DNA of 64,000 nt from an uncultured Alphaproteobacteria bacterium (lineage in GTDB: Bacteria > Pseudomonadota > Alphaproteobacteria > SP197), in assembly GCA_958295695.1 (NCBI GenBank), contig OY282363.1:1738225-1802224 (forward strand), given 5' to 3'. The notes below the pieces were generated by a model that was not told where the DNA came from, did not search any database, and worked only from the letters and a program-made list of their open reading frames with translations. Positions 28,593 through 38,519 of this stretch are shown here, one piece after another. Numbering within the stretch: position 1 is the first letter of the stretch; the number at the start of each line of letters is the position of its first letter. A program made the translations under genes and the position numbers.

Positions 28593-30064
28593 GGCAGGAC
28601 TCCCAGCATGTCGGCGGCGGAGCCCGCGACCCCGACGGTGAACTCGGTCGCGACGCCGAAGGCCACGCAGAGGACCGTCAACAGCAGGGTGGGCGCCAGC
28701 AGCATGGCGGGCGCTTCCCTGGTCCGCGGGCCGTCGGCCTCCCGGAAGTAGGCGGTCTCGACCACGCGCCAGATGTAGACGATGGCCAGGAGCGAGCTCA
28801 GGACGACGAGCGCGGCCACGGGCCAGAGTCCGGCGTCGAGGGCGCCGACGACGAGGTACCACTTGCTGATGAAGCCGACCGTGAACGGCACGCCGATCAT
28901 CGAAAGGCCGGCGACGACGAAACAGCCCATCGTGACCGGCATGCGCCGTCCCAGCCCGCGGAAGCTCCGCATGTCGGCCTTGCCCAGACGCAGGATGACG
29001 CAGGCCATGACCAGGAAGAGCGCCCCCTTCATCAGGCCGTGGTTGAAGACATGGACGATCGCGGCGATCAGGCCGTCGCGGTTCGCGTAGCCGATGGCCG
29101 CGGCGATGTAGCCGACCTGGGCGACGCTCGAATAGGCCAGCATGCGCTTGAGATCGTCCTGCCAGATCGCGACGAGCGAGCCGACGAAGGCGCCGGCCAG
29201 TCCGAGAGGGATGAGCGCCCAGCCGATCCGCATCTCGCCGAACGCGAAGTCGACGCCGAAGACGTTGAAAATGAACCGGATCAGGATGTAGGCGCCGACC
29301 TTGGTCGCCGTCGCGCCGAAGAACGCCGAGACGAGCGAGGGAGCGTAGGTGTAGGCGTTGGGCATCCAGACGTGCGCCGGGAACACGGCGAACTTGATCC
29401 CCGCGCCAACGACGATGAAGGCCAGCGCGGCCTGCACGGGCGCGGTGTCGCGCGCCTCCCGCAGCCTGACGGCCATGTCGGCCATGTTGAGCGTGCCCGT
29501 CATCATGTAAATCAGCCCGATGCCGATCAGGATGAACATGGCGCCGATGGTGCCCTGGACGAGGTAGTTGAAGGCGGCCGTCGTCGCGCGCCGGTCGGCG
29601 CCCGTGGCGACCAGGGCGTAGCTCGCCAGCGACGAGACCTCGAGAAAGACATAGAGATTGAAGGCGTCGCCGGTGATCGCGATGCCCAGCATTCCCGTCA
29701 ACGCGAGCAGGGCCAGGGTGAAGAACAGCCGCTGCGCGCGCGGCGCGACCTCCACGCCGACGCCGGGCCTTGCCGCTGGCATGACGATCGCGGCCATGCC
29801 CGAGACCAGCACGAGAAGGAGCGCGTTGAGGGGATCGACGGCGTGGCCGATTCCCAGAGGCGGCGCCCAGCCGCCCATCTCGTACAGGATCAGCCCGCGG
29901 TCGAGCACGCGGTGGAAGATCGCGAGCGAGACGGCGAAGGTGGCCCAAGCGGCCAGGGTCGCGAAGAGCCAGGCGATCCGGGGCCTGACCATCATCGCGC
30001 AGAGCGGCGCGGCGAGCAGGGGGACCGCCACCTGAAGCGCGGGCAGATGCTGGACGAGCGACAC
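28589..30064 (-). CDS. MrpD/NuoN-like subunit (copy 3)
   Basis: 491 aa NuoL/M/N-family protein (MSLVQHLPALQVAVPLL...). Confidence 0.8.
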   Translation of the reverse strand: MSLVQHLPALQVAVPLLAAPLCAMMVRPRIAWLFATLAAWATFAVSLAIFHRVLDRGLILYEMGGWAPPLGIGHAVDPLNALLLVLVSGMAAIVMPAARPGVGVEVAPRAQRLFFTLALLALTGMLGIAITGDAFNLYVFLEVSSLASYALVATGADRRATTAAFNYLVQGTIGAMFILIGIGLIYMMTGTLNMADMAVRLREARDTAPVQAALAFIVVGAGIKFAVFPAHVWMPNAYTYAPSLVSAFFGATATKVGAYILIRFIFNVFGVDFAFGEMRIGWALIPLGLAGAFVGSLVAIWQDDLKRMLAYSSVAQVGYIAAAIGYANRDGLIAAIVHVFNHGLMKGALFLVMACVILRLGKADMRSFRGLGRRMPVTMGCFVVAGLSMIGVPFTVGFISKWYLVVGALDAGLWPVAALVVLSSLLAIVYIWRVVETAYFREADGPRTREAPAMLLAPTLLLTVLCVAFGVATEFTVGVAGSAADMLGVLP

Positions 30065-30068
30065 GGCC

Positions 30069-30434
30069 TCAGTCGCTCTCGCGCTCGCGGATCTCGTCTT
30101 CCTCGATCGAGCCGTAGGCCTCCCGGATGCGGACGATCAGCGCGAGAGCCAGCGAGGTCGTCGCGACCGACACGACGATGGCGGTGAGGATCAGGACATG
30201 CGGCAGCGGGTTGGAGTAGCGCGCCGCCCCTTCCAACACGATCGGCGCCGTGCCGTCCTCGACGTAACCGATCGAGATGTAGAGAAGGAACACGGCGGTC
30301 TGGACGATGTTGAGGCCGACGACCTTCTTGATCAGGTTGCCGCGCGTCATGACGATGTAGAGGCCGGTCATCAGCAGGACGACCGCGCCCCACTGGACCG
30401 CGTGGCCGGACAGGAACGAGAGCGGGTCCGTCAT
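30069..30434 (-). CDS. mrpC: MrpC/NuoK-like subunit
   Basis: 121 aa. Three TM segments with a NuoK/MnhC-like pattern (VVGLNIVQTAVFLLYISIG). Confidence 0.8.
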   Translation of the reverse strand: MTDPLSFLSGHAVQWGAVVLLMTGLYIVMTRGNLIKKVVGLNIVQTAVFLLYISIGYVEDGTAPIVLEGAARYSNPLPHVLILTAIVVSVATTSLALALIVRIREAYGSIEEDEIRERESD

Positions 30435-30853
30435 CGCCGGCGGCGCTCGGCGAAGGTGTAGAAGACGGCGGTCAGCACCCCGGCGACCGTGACGCCGACG
30501 CCCAGTTCGATCAGGACGATGCCGACATGCTGGCCGTGCACGGGGTCGCGGCTGTCGAGCGCGCCGTAGTCGAGGAAGGCGCCGCCCAGGCCGAGCGCGA
30601 CGAACCCGACCGTCGCGTAGAGCGCGAGGCCCAGCGAGGCCATGGCGGTGACGGCCGCGAACGGCAGCGCCTGGATGGTGCGTCGGACTCCGAACACGAT
30701 GGCGTAGACGATGAAGCCGGTCGCGAAGATCACCCCCGCCTGGAAGCCGCCGCCCGGTCCGTAGTCGCCGTGCAACTGCACATAGAGGGCGAACAGAAGG
30801 ATGAAGGGCGCGAGCATCTTGACGACGACCCGGACGATGACGTTGTCGCTCAT
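30431..30853 (-). CDS. mrpB: MrpB-like subunit
   Basis: Start at MSDNVIVRVVVKMLAPFILLFALYV. MnhB family. Confidence 0.75.
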   Translation of the reverse strand: MSDNVIVRVVVKMLAPFILLFALYVQLHGDYGPGGGFQAGVIFATGFIVYAIVFGVRRTIQALPFAAVTAMASLGLALYATVGFVALGLGGAFLDYGALDSRDPVHGQHVGIVLIELGVGVTVAGVLTAVFYTFAERRRR

Positions 30854-31395
30854 GGCTCGTCCCTCCGCCAGCGCCAGAGCAGCGCGATCACGCCGATGCC
30901 GGCGGTGAAGATCACGGTGACCTCGCCCAGCGTGTCGTAGCCGCGATAGCTCGCCAGCACGGCCGTCACGATGTTGGGGACGCCGGTGTCGCGCGGTCCC
31001 TCGGCGATGTAGCGGTCGGCGACGTGGTTGTGGATCGGCGCGGCCGCGTCGCCCAGCGCCGGCATGTCGAACGAGGCGTAGACCAGGGCCGCGCCGGCCG
31101 CGAAGGCGACCGCCAGGCCGAGGACGCGCCGCGCCGCGCGCCCGCCAGGCCGGGTCTCGCGCCGGGTCGTCAGGGAGAGGGCGGCCAGCATCAGCGTCAG
31201 CGTGATCCCGGCGCCGACCGCGGCCTCCGTGAAGGCCACGTCGACCGCGTCGAGCAGGGTGTAGACCGCGGCGAGCAGCAGGCTGTAGACGCCCGAGAGG
31301 ATCGCGATCGCCAGCAGATTGCGCATCCTCACCAGCGCGAGCGCCAGCGCGATCATCAACGCGATCAGAAGGACGATGTGAAGTCGTTCCATCAA
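30850..31395 (-). CDS. DUF4040 / MrpA-C-terminal-domain (MbhD-like) membrane protein
   Basis: 181 aa hydrophobic protein, positioned as MbhD/MrpB' in the cluster. Confidence 0.65.
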   Translation of the reverse strand: MMERLHIVLLIALMIALALALVRMRNLLAIAILSGVYSLLLAAVYTLLDAVDVAFTEAAVGAGITLTLMLAALSLTTRRETRPGGRAARRVLGLAVAFAAGAALVYASFDMPALGDAAAPIHNHVADRYIAEGPRDTGVPNIVTAVLASYRGYDTLGEVTVIFTAGIGVIALLWRWRRDEP

Positions 31396-31736
31396 TCCGG
31401 CGCCTCGTCCCGCCCGTCGCCCGCCCGGTTGGCCGACGGGTCGTCGGGCGAAAGCCCGCCGAGAAGGGCCGAATGGGCGACCGCATGGCTGGCGGTCGGC
31501 GCCGTCAGCGCCAGGACGAGGCCGATGAGGACCAGCTTGACCGTCACGAGATCGAAACCGGTCTGAAGCGCCATGCCGAGCAGAAGAAGTCCGGCGCCTC
31601 CGGTGTCGACGACGCCGGCGGCATGGAGGCGCGTGAAGAAATCGGGCAGCCGGATGAGGCCGAGGGCGCCGATCGTCATCAGCAGGGCGCCGCCGACGAG
31701 CAGGACCCAGCTCGCGATATCCAGCGCGGCGCTCAC
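31392..31736 (-). CDS. mrpG: MrpG-like subunit
   Basis: 114 aa. MnhG family (ASWVLLVGGALLMTIGALGLIRLPDFFTRLHAAG). Confidence 0.75.
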   Translation of the reverse strand: MSAALDIASWVLLVGGALLMTIGALGLIRLPDFFTRLHAAGVVDTGGAGLLLLGMALQTGFDLVTVKLVLIGLVLALTAPTASHAVAHSALLGGLSPDDPSANRAGDGRDEAPD

Positions 31737-31996
31737 GGTTCCTCGCCCAGATGGCCGTGCCTGAAGAACCGGAGCGCGGCCAGCGTGCCGACGAAGTTCA
31801 GCAAGGCGTAGACCAGCGACAGATCGAGGAAGTCGGGGCGGTCCGTCAGGAATCCGCCGAGCGCGATGAGCAGCACCGTCATCGTGCCATGGACGTTGAC
31901 GGCGAGAATGCGGTCGTAAGGGGTGGGCCCGCGTACGGCCCGGACGAGGGTCGTGGCCATGGCGGCGACGACGAGCAGGGAGGCGACCGTGAACAC
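31733..31996 (-). CDS. mrpF: MrpF-like subunit
   Basis: ~87 aa, starting from a GTG that shares one base with the mrpE stop. MnhF family (LAVNVHGTMTVLLIALGGF). Confidence 0.6.
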   Translation of the reverse strand: MFTVASLLVVAAMATTLVRAVRGPTPYDRILAVNVHGTMTVLLIALGGFLTDRPDFLDLSLVYALLNFVGTLAALRFFRHGHLGEEP

Positions 31997-32478
31997 TAGC
32001 GTCGCCCCTCCATGGCGCAGACCCGCCCGTTCATTTCGCCCTCCTTCAACTCTTCCAGCTCGCCGCGCGCCAGGGCGTGAACGTGGATCCTGCCCGGAAG
32101 CGCGGTGAGCGAGACGGTTCCGGGCGTTAGCGTGATGGAGTTGGCGAACGCCACGAGGCCCGCCGTCGTTTTCTGGTTCGCGTCGACCCAGCCCGCGGCC
32201 GGGTCGAGCGCGGCGACGGGCGAGAGGATCGCCCGGACGACCGCGAGGTTGGCGAGGGCGATCCGCCAGACGAGCCACGGAAGATAGGCCGGGAAGCGCC
32301 ACGCGAGCTGGATCGGGTGGCCCTCGCCGTCGATCGCGCCCATGCGGCGCGCGAGCGCCGCGACGAGGGCGGCGGACACGGCGCCGCATCCGAGGAGGAA
32401 CGGATCCCAATGCCCGGACAGCAGCAGCCACGCACCGAACAGGACGACGAACAGACTGAAGGTCCGTGCTGGCGGCAT
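31996..32478 (-). CDS. mrpE: MrpE-like subunit
   Basis: Start at MPPARTFSLFVVLFGAWLLLSGHWD. MnhE family. First gene of the cluster. Confidence 0.7.
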   Translation of the reverse strand: MPPARTFSLFVVLFGAWLLLSGHWDPFLLGCGAVSAALVAALARRMGAIDGEGHPIQLAWRFPAYLPWLVWRIALANLAVVRAILSPVAALDPAAGWVDANQKTTAGLVAFANSITLTPGTVSLTALPGRIHVHALARGELEELKEGEMNGRVCAMEGRR

Positions 32479-32706
32479 GACATCTCCCTGACCGGGATTC
32501 GGACCGGAGCCCGCCCTCGCGCGGTTGCGCGCGGAGCTCCGGAACGCGGGCGCCGAGTATGCCCGCCGTTCCGGTTCGGGCAAGCCCGCAGGCGGGTCGT
32601 GCCCTGATTTGAAGCTCTCTCCACGCCGGCCGCGCGGGAGGTGGAGCGTATCGTCGAGCGACATTGGAGGGCGACGGCGCTCGTGCTCCTGTTGTAACCC
32701 GTCGTC

Positions 32707-33231
32707 ATGGACCGAGAGAAAGCTCTTCCCGTTTCCTCGGGGGTGTCCGCGTCGTTCCGCCGTCGCGCGGAGCGCGTCGCGGTCGTCGCGCTGGTCCTGC
32801 TCGCCAGCTTGGGGGCCGCCGGCTCGGGCGCCGACGACACGGTCGTTTTCGCCAGGGATCGTCTGACGATCGAAACGTCCGACGGCCGGAGCCATCGCTT
32901 CGAGGTCGAGTTGGCGGTGACGCCGCGGCAGCGGGCCCGGGGACTGATGTTCCGCCGGGAGATGGCTCCGCACGAAGGCATGCTGTTCGTTTTCGAGGTG
33001 GAAGACCACCGAAGCTTCTGGATGAAGAACACCCTGCTCGCCCTCGATCTGATCTTCATCGACCGCTGGGGCGCCATCGTCGGCGTCGCCCGCGATGCGG
33101 TTCCGCTCGATCCGACGCCCATTCCTTCCGGCGTTCCGGCGGCCGGCGTCCTGGAGGTTCTGGCCGGAACAGTCGACCGCCTGTCCCTCGCCGTCGGGGA
33201 CCGCGTCGTCCACGCCGCGTTCCGCGAATGA
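32707..33231 (+). CDS. DUF192 domain protein (secreted)
   Basis: 174 aa. DUF192 signature (GLMFRREMAPHEGMLFVF...FWMKNTLLALDLIFID). Confidence 0.7.
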   Translation: MDREKALPVSSGVSASFRRRAERVAVVALVLLASLGAAGSGADDTVVFARDRLTIETSDGRSHRFEVELAVTPRQRARGLMFRREMAPHEGMLFVFEVEDHRSFWMKNTLLALDLIFIDRWGAIVGVARDAVPLDPTPIPSGVPAAGVLEVLAGTVDRLSLAVGDRVVHAAFRE

Positions 33232-33337
33232 AACGGGAGACGGCGCGGTTCCGGGCCGTCGCGGGGGAGGGCGAGGCCCCAGACGCGATCGCCTGTTGAC
33301 GCGGTCGCGGCCGGACGCCACAAGGACCGTCGCCGGT

Positions 33338-33414
33338 CGGGGCGTGGCGCAGTCCGGTAGCGCACCTGCTTTGGGAGCAGGGGGGCGCTGGTTCGAATCC
33401 AGCCGCCCCGACCA
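33338..33414 (+). tRNA. tRNA-Pro (anticodon TGG)
   Basis: Cloverleaf. Acceptor stem cggggcg/cgccccg. Anticodon loop tttggga has TGG at positions 34-36. T-arm ggttcgaatcc. Encoded CCA 3' end. Confidence 0.85.
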
Positions 33415-33533
33415 TCCGTCCGGGGCGGATGCGGTCGAGGCCGACGGTTCGGAACGGAAGGGGTGCGCGCTTGCGTCCGTCGTCGCGCATGGCGTAATAG
33501 AACGCGCGAGGGCTCGTGCGCCGGAGAGCCGCC

Positions 33534-33830
33534 ATGACCGCACGCATCTACTGCCCGGCCAAGACCGCGATGCAGTCGGGTCGCGCCGGGACCCGTTTTT
33601 GGGTCCTGGACTATGCGTCGTCGTCGGCCAAGACCGCCGATCCCCTGATGGGTTGGACCGGCTCGTCGGACATGAAGGCCGACCAGCTCCATCTCACCTT
33701 CGGAAGCCGCGAGGAGGCGGTGGCCTATGCCGAGCGCAACGGCATCGACTACCGGGTGACGGAGCGCCAAGCCCGCAAGATCGCGCCGAAGTCCTACGCC
33801 GACAACTTCGGGTGGCGGAGACCGGACTGA
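33534..33830 (+). CDS. ETC complex I subunit conserved-region protein (NDUFS4-like, PF04800)
   Basis: MTARIYCPAKTAMQSGRAGTRFWVLDY...ADQLHLTFGSREEAVAYAERNGIDY matches the alphaproteobacterial NDUFS4-like family. Confidence 0.7.
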   Translation: MTARIYCPAKTAMQSGRAGTRFWVLDYASSSAKTADPLMGWTGSSDMKADQLHLTFGSREEAVAYAERNGIDYRVTERQARKIAPKSYADNFGWRRPD

Positions 33831-33842
33831 TCGTTTCCCCGG

Positions 33843-33919
33843 GCGCCCTTAGCTCAGCCGGATAGAGCAACGGCCTTCTAAGCCGTAGGTCCCAGGTTCG
33901 AATCCTGGAGGGCGCGCCA
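33843..33919 (+). tRNA. tRNA-Arg (anticodon TCT)
   Basis: Acceptor stem gcgccct/agggcgc. D-arm tagctcagccggatagagc. Anticodon loop cttctaa has TCT. T-arm ggttcgaatcc. Encoded CCA. Confidence 0.85.
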
Positions 33920-33973
33920 TGGCTTCCCCGCCGCTTACGGCCTGTCGCCGAGTCCCTCGGGGACGGGCACGCT

Positions 33974-34912
33974 CTAACCGAGACCGTCGCGTCCACCGCC
34001 GCAGACGATGGCGAGCGGGCGCTCGCCGCCGACCGCATGGGTCATGACCGCGGCGACGCTGGCGGCGCCGGCGAGTTCCGCGCCGAGGCCGTATTCGGAC
34101 CAGAGCCAGCGGGCCGCCTCGCGCATCCGGTCGTCGTCGACCAGCACGATATCGTCGACCAGCTCGTCGACGATCCGGAAGTTGAGAGGCTCGCTGCGGC
34201 GGGGGGCGAGGGTGCCCGCGGCGGTCTCGACGACCTCCAGCGTGACCGGTTCGCCCGCCCGCCGGCTGGCGTGGTGGGTCGGGGCGCCCACCGGCTCGAC
34301 GCCGACGACGCGGATGGCGGGATCGATCGCTTTCGCGGCCAGCGCCACGCCGGAGACGAGCCCTCCGCCGCCGATGGCGACGACCAGCGTGTCGGTCCCG
34401 GGCGCCTGTTCGAGGATCTCGAGGCCCAGGGTGCCCTGGCCCGCGATGACCGCGGGATCGGCGAAGGCGTGGACATAGGCGAGGTTCTCCGCGTCGGCGG
34501 CCTCGAGCGCGGCGGCGTTCGAGTCGTCCCAGACCGCACCCTCGATGCGCACGTCCGCGCCCCAGGCGCGAATCTTTCCGGCCTTGTCGGCCGGGGCGCT
34601 CTCCGGCAGGTAGACCACGCTCCCGAGACCCAGGCGGCGGGCGGCGTAGGCGACGCCCAGCCCGTGGTTGCCGCCCGAGGCGGTGATGAGGCCGCGGACG
34701 CCGGCGGGCGCCAGGGTCGTGGCTTTCGAGAGCGCGCCGCGCGGCTTGAAGGAGCCCGTGACCTGAAGCGACTCCAGCTTCAGCATGAGCCGTCCGCCGG
34801 AGACGGCCGTGCGGGCGGGTCGCGCCGCGATCACGGGCGTCGTCCTCAGGAAACCGGCGATGCGCTCGCGGGCCGAGCGGATGTCGTCGAGGCCGGGGCG
34901 AGGATCGGGCAT
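33974..34912 (-). CDS. Serine/threonine dehydratase family PLP enzyme (fold type II)
   Basis: 312 aa. PLP-lysine motif (SLQVTGSFKPRGA), a glycine-rich loop (GGGGL) and GNHG. Confidence 0.8.
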   Translation of the reverse strand: MPDPRPGLDDIRSARERIAGFLRTTPVIAARPARTAVSGGRLMLKLESLQVTGSFKPRGALSKATTLAPAGVRGLITASGGNHGLGVAYAARRLGLGSVVYLPESAPADKAGKIRAWGADVRIEGAVWDDSNAAALEAADAENLAYVHAFADPAVIAGQGTLGLEILEQAPGTDTLVVAIGGGGLVSGVALAAKAIDPAIRVVGVEPVGAPTHHASRRAGEPVTLEVVETAAGTLAPRRSEPLNFRIVDELVDDIVLVDDDRMREAARWLWSEYGLGAELAGAASVAAVMTHAVGGERPLAIVCGGGRDGLG

Positions 34913-34937
34913 GGGACCGGGCGTCGCTCGCGCCTTG

Positions 34938-36104
34938 TCACGCCGCGGCGTTCAGCCGGTCGAAGGCGGCCTCGAGTTCGCCGATCAGGTCGTCCGGGTC
35001 CTCCAGGCCCGCGTGGACGCGCAGGAGCTGGCCCTCTTCGGTCCACGGCGCCGCCGTGCGGGCCGGACCGGGGTCGACGGGCACCAGAAGGCTTTCGTAT
35101 CCGCCCCAGGACCAGCCCATGCCGAAGTGGCGGAGCCCGTCCAGCATGGCGGCGAGCCTGCTCTCGTCCACCGGCCGGAGCAGCACGCCGAAGAGGCCGC
35201 TGGAGCCCGTGAAGTCCCGCTTCCACAGGGCGTGGTCGGGGCTGCTCTCGAGGCCGGGATGCAGGACGCGCGCGACCTCCGGTCGTGTCTCCAGCCAGCG
35301 CGCCAGCCGCAGGCCCGTCTCGTGATGGCGGCGGAGCCGGACCGGGAGTGTCCGGACGCCGCGCTGGCCGAGATAGGCGTCGTCGGGCCCGAGGCAGGCG
35401 CCCATGGCGACGAACGCCTTCCACAGGGCCTCGCAGTGGGGTTCGCGCGCGGCGATGAGGCCGCACATGGCGTCCGAATGGCCCACGACGTATTTCGTGC
35501 CCGCCTGCAGCACGACATCGGCGCCGAGCCGGAACGGCTTGCAGAAGTAGCCTCCGGCCCAGGTGTTGTCGGCGACGACGAGCGCGCCCCGGGCGTGAGC
35601 CGCCTCGGCGATCGCCGGGATGTCCTGGACCTCGAAGGTGATGGAGCCGGGACTCTCGGTGTAGACGATCCGGGTGCCGGGCCGGATCAGGTCGGCGATC
35701 CCGCGGCCGATCCGGGGGTCGTAGAAGGTGGCCTCCACGCCGAAGCGCTTCAGCACGTCGCGGGCGAAGGCGCGGGTCGGCTGGTAGGACGAATCGGTGA
35801 TGAGGATATGGTCGCCGGCCTCCAGATAGGCCATGAGCGCGATCGCGATCGCGGCCTTTCCCGAGGCGCAGGCGACGGCCAGGTCGCCGCCTTCGAGCTC
35901 GCGAAAGGCGTCCTGCAGCGCATGGGTCGTGGGCGTCCCGTGGCGCCCGTAGACCACCTTTCTGGGATCGCGCCCGTCGACGGACTTGAGCGCGTCGTAG
36001 CTGGGAAACAGGACCGTCGAGGCATGGTAGACGGGCGGATTGACGATGCCGTGGTTGGCGTGCGGGTCGCGGCCCGCCGCCACGATCCTGGTGTCGTCCT
36101 TCAT
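34938..36104 (-). CDS. metC: Cystathionine beta-lyase / Cys-Met-metabolism PLP enzyme
   Basis: 388 aa. Motifs (YGRHGTPT; QAGTKYVVGHSD) of the cystathionine beta-lyase family. Confidence 0.8.
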   Translation of the reverse strand: MKDDTRIVAAGRDPHANHGIVNPPVYHASTVLFPSYDALKSVDGRDPRKVVYGRHGTPTTHALQDAFRELEGGDLAVACASGKAAIAIALMAYLEAGDHILITDSSYQPTRAFARDVLKRFGVEATFYDPRIGRGIADLIRPGTRIVYTESPGSITFEVQDIPAIAEAAHARGALVVADNTWAGGYFCKPFRLGADVVLQAGTKYVVGHSDAMCGLIAAREPHCEALWKAFVAMGACLGPDDAYLGQRGVRTLPVRLRRHHETGLRLARWLETRPEVARVLHPGLESSPDHALWKRDFTGSSGLFGVLLRPVDESRLAAMLDGLRHFGMGWSWGGYESLLVPVDPGPARTAAPWTEEGQLLRVHAGLEDPDDLIGELEAAFDRLNAAA

Positions 36105-36382
36105 GTTCGGAGGCCCCTTCGCCGGCCGGCGCGGAGCCTAGAGCGGTTCCGGCCTTGCTGGAACCGCTCGCTCCGGGACGCTCGCCGCGAGTGGCGGCCC
36201 TTCGATACGCCCGCCTCCGGCGGGCTACTCGGGATGAGGGGAATGTTGGGTAGGGGCGCGAACGAACATCCCCTCGTCCCGAGGCGGTCCGCAGGACCGT
36301 ATCGAGGGATGGCGCCGTGGCTTGCCTGTCGCTCGCGGCGAGCGACTCCGTGGGCCACGGGTGCGCCGGCAAGCCGGCGGGA

Positions 36383-36940
36383 TCAGACGCCGGCGAAGCG
36401 CTCGGCCGGGACCAGATAGGATTCCTCGCGCCGGACGACCCGGAAGCCGGCCTTCCGGTACATCGCCAGCGCGCGCGGATGATCGCGCGTGTTGGTGTCG
36501 ACCGCGATCTTCCCGATCCCCGGCCGCCACAACGCCTCGATCGCCCAGTCGAGGAAGTAGCCGCCGAGGCCCTGGCCGGTGAAGTCGGGGAGAAGGCCGA
36601 AGAGACCGAGTTCCGCGATGTCGCCGCGCCGGAAGTCGAGCTCCGCGAAGCCCGCCGGCGCGCCGCCGGCGTGGAGCACGTGGATCTCGACATCCGCGTC
36701 GTGAATGGTCTCGATGAGCCTCTCCTCGGTCCAGGACAGCCGGTCGGTCCAGTGGAAGCCGCCGCCGACGGCGCGGTAGAGCCGGAGATAGAAGCCGGGC
36801 GGCGGCCGTTCGGCGCGCTGAATGGCGAGACCGCGCCGGGGCGCGGCCCGCCGCGGCCGCGGCGGGCGCCGGGCCATCTCCAGGAAGGTGATGACGGTGC
36901 GGAGGGTCCGCGCGCCGTCTTTCCCGAAGACTTCGGCCAT
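36383..36940 (-). CDS. GNAT family N-acetyltransferase
   Basis: 185 aa. Acetyl-CoA-binding region (GLLPDFTGQGLGGYFLDWAIE). Confidence 0.7.
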   Translation of the reverse strand: MAEVFGKDGARTLRTVITFLEMARRPPRPRRAAPRRGLAIQRAERPPPGFYLRLYRAVGGGFHWTDRLSWTEERLIETIHDADVEIHVLHAGGAPAGFAELDFRRGDIAELGLFGLLPDFTGQGLGGYFLDWAIEALWRPGIGKIAVDTNTRDHPRALAMYRKAGFRVVRREESYLVPAERFAGV

Positions 36941-36947
36941 CGACGGA

Positions 36948-37799
36948 TCAGGCGGGGCCGGTTTCCACCGGGGTGTCGTCGCGGCCGCCCCACTCGGTCC
37001 AGGACCCGTCGTAGACCGCGACCTTGCGGACGCCGATCAGGTCCAGCGCCAGGGCCAGGAAGCAGGCGCTGACGCCCGAGCCGCAGGTGGCGGCGACCGG
37101 CTTCGACGGATCGACGCCGAGATCGGCGAAGGTCGCGCGGATGGCGTCGTCGGGCTTGACGGTGGCGTCGTCGTTCAGGAGAGACGAATAGGGAAGGTTG
37201 CGGCTTCCGGGAATGTGGCCGCCGCGCAGGCCGGGCCTGATCTCGGGTTCCTCCCCGGTGAAGCGCCCGGCGCCGCGGGCGTCGACGACCTGCTCGCGTC
37301 CGCCCGCGATGTTGGCGAGCATCTGCCGCCGGTCGCGCACCAGGAGCGAGTTCGTGCGCGCGGTCAGATGACGTTCGCGCGGGATGACCGGCTCGTCGTC
37401 GACGGGACGCTCCTCCGAGAGCCATTTCGCCAGCCCGCCGTCGAGCACGGCGATATCCTCGTGGCCGAACACCCGGAACATCCACCAGACCCGCGCGGCC
37501 GCCATCATGTTTCCGCCGTCATAGACGACGACGCGGACGCCGTCGCCCAGCCCCAGCTTGCGCGCGCGGCCGGAAAACGTCTCCGGCGACGGCAGCATGT
37601 GGGGCAGGTCGGTCCTGTCGTCGGAGATGCCGTCGATGTCGAAGAAGACGGCGCCGTGGATGTGGCGCTCGGCATACTCGGCCTCGGGATCGCGTCCCTC
37701 GGTCGGGAGGTACCAAGACCCGTCAACGATCCGGATGTCGGGCGCGGCCATGTTGTCGGCCAGCCACCGGGTGGAGACGAGGCTCTTGCCGCGGGTCAT
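36948..37799 (-). CDS. sseA: 3-mercaptopyruvate sulfurtransferase (tandem rhodanese)
   Basis: 283 aa. Active-site CGSGVSA in the second rhodanese domain. Confidence 0.85.
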   Translation of the reverse strand: MTRGKSLVSTRWLADNMAAPDIRIVDGSWYLPTEGRDPEAEYAERHIHGAVFFDIDGISDDRTDLPHMLPSPETFSGRARKLGLGDGVRVVVYDGGNMMAAARVWWMFRVFGHEDIAVLDGGLAKWLSEERPVDDEPVIPRERHLTARTNSLLVRDRRQMLANIAGGREQVVDARGAGRFTGEEPEIRPGLRGGHIPGSRNLPYSSLLNDDATVKPDDAIRATFADLGVDPSKPVAATCGSGVSACFLALALDLIGVRKVAVYDGSWTEWGGRDDTPVETGPA

Positions 37800-37810
37800 G
37801 GCGTACTCCG

Positions 37811-38518
37811 TCAGTCGAGCAGGACGACGTTGACGCGCCGGTTCCGCCTGCCCTTGTTCTCGATCTTGGAGACCGCGACCTTGCCGAGGTGGCCGGTGCG
37901 GGCCACGTGCGTTCCGCCGCAGGGCTGCAGGTCGACGCCTTCGATCTCCAGCAGCCGCACCCTGCCGAGACCGCGCGGCGGCGCGACGGACATGGTCCGG
38001 ACCAGTTCGGGCCGTGCGTCGAGCTCCTCGTCGGTGATCCAGACGGGTCTTACGGGGCGGTCGGCGGCGACGATCTCGGCGAGTTTCCCGGTCAGGTCGT
38101 CCCTGGTCATGTCGGGCTCGGGCCAGTCGAGGTCGATCCGGCTCTTCTCCGCGCCGACCGAGGCGCCCGTGATCTCCGCGTCGACGAGAGCGCAGATCGC
38201 GTGGAGCGCGGTGTGCATCCGCATGTGGCGGAATCGCCGGTCCCAGTCGATCTCGGCCGTCACCGCCGCGCCGGGGGCGGGCAGGCCGGCGCCGTCGGCG
38301 GCGACATGGACGACGTCCTCGGGACGGTCGCCCTTGACCGTGTCCACGATCGCGACCGTGTCGCCGTCGCCGAGCACGAGACGGCCCGTATCGCCCGGCT
38401 GTCCGCCGCCGGTGGGATAGAACACCGTGCGGTCGAGGCGGATACGCCCGTCTCCGGCCCGGATCACCGTGGCCTCGCAGGATCTGGCGTAGGCGTCGTC
38501 GCGGAACACGAGCTCCAT
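37811..38518 (-). CDS. alaX: Alanyl-tRNA editing protein AlaX-M-like
   Basis: 235 aa. Zn-binding editing-domain motifs (HTALH...CGGTH). Confidence 0.8.
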   Translation of the reverse strand: MELVFRDDAYARSCEATVIRAGDGRIRLDRTVFYPTGGGQPGDTGRLVLGDGDTVAIVDTVKGDRPEDVVHVAADGAGLPAPGAAVTAEIDWDRRFRHMRMHTALHAICALVDAEITGASVGAEKSRIDLDWPEPDMTRDDLTGKLAEIVAADRPVRPVWITDEELDARPELVRTMSVAPPRGLGRVRLLEIEGVDLQPCGGTHVARTGHLGKVAVSKIENKGRRNRRVNVVLLD

Positions 38519-38519
38519 G

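Noticed and set aside
33412-33440. Small hairpin (catccg-tccgggg-cggatg) after tRNA-Pro as a terminator
   Set aside because: Short stem with no U-tract. Too weak to call.
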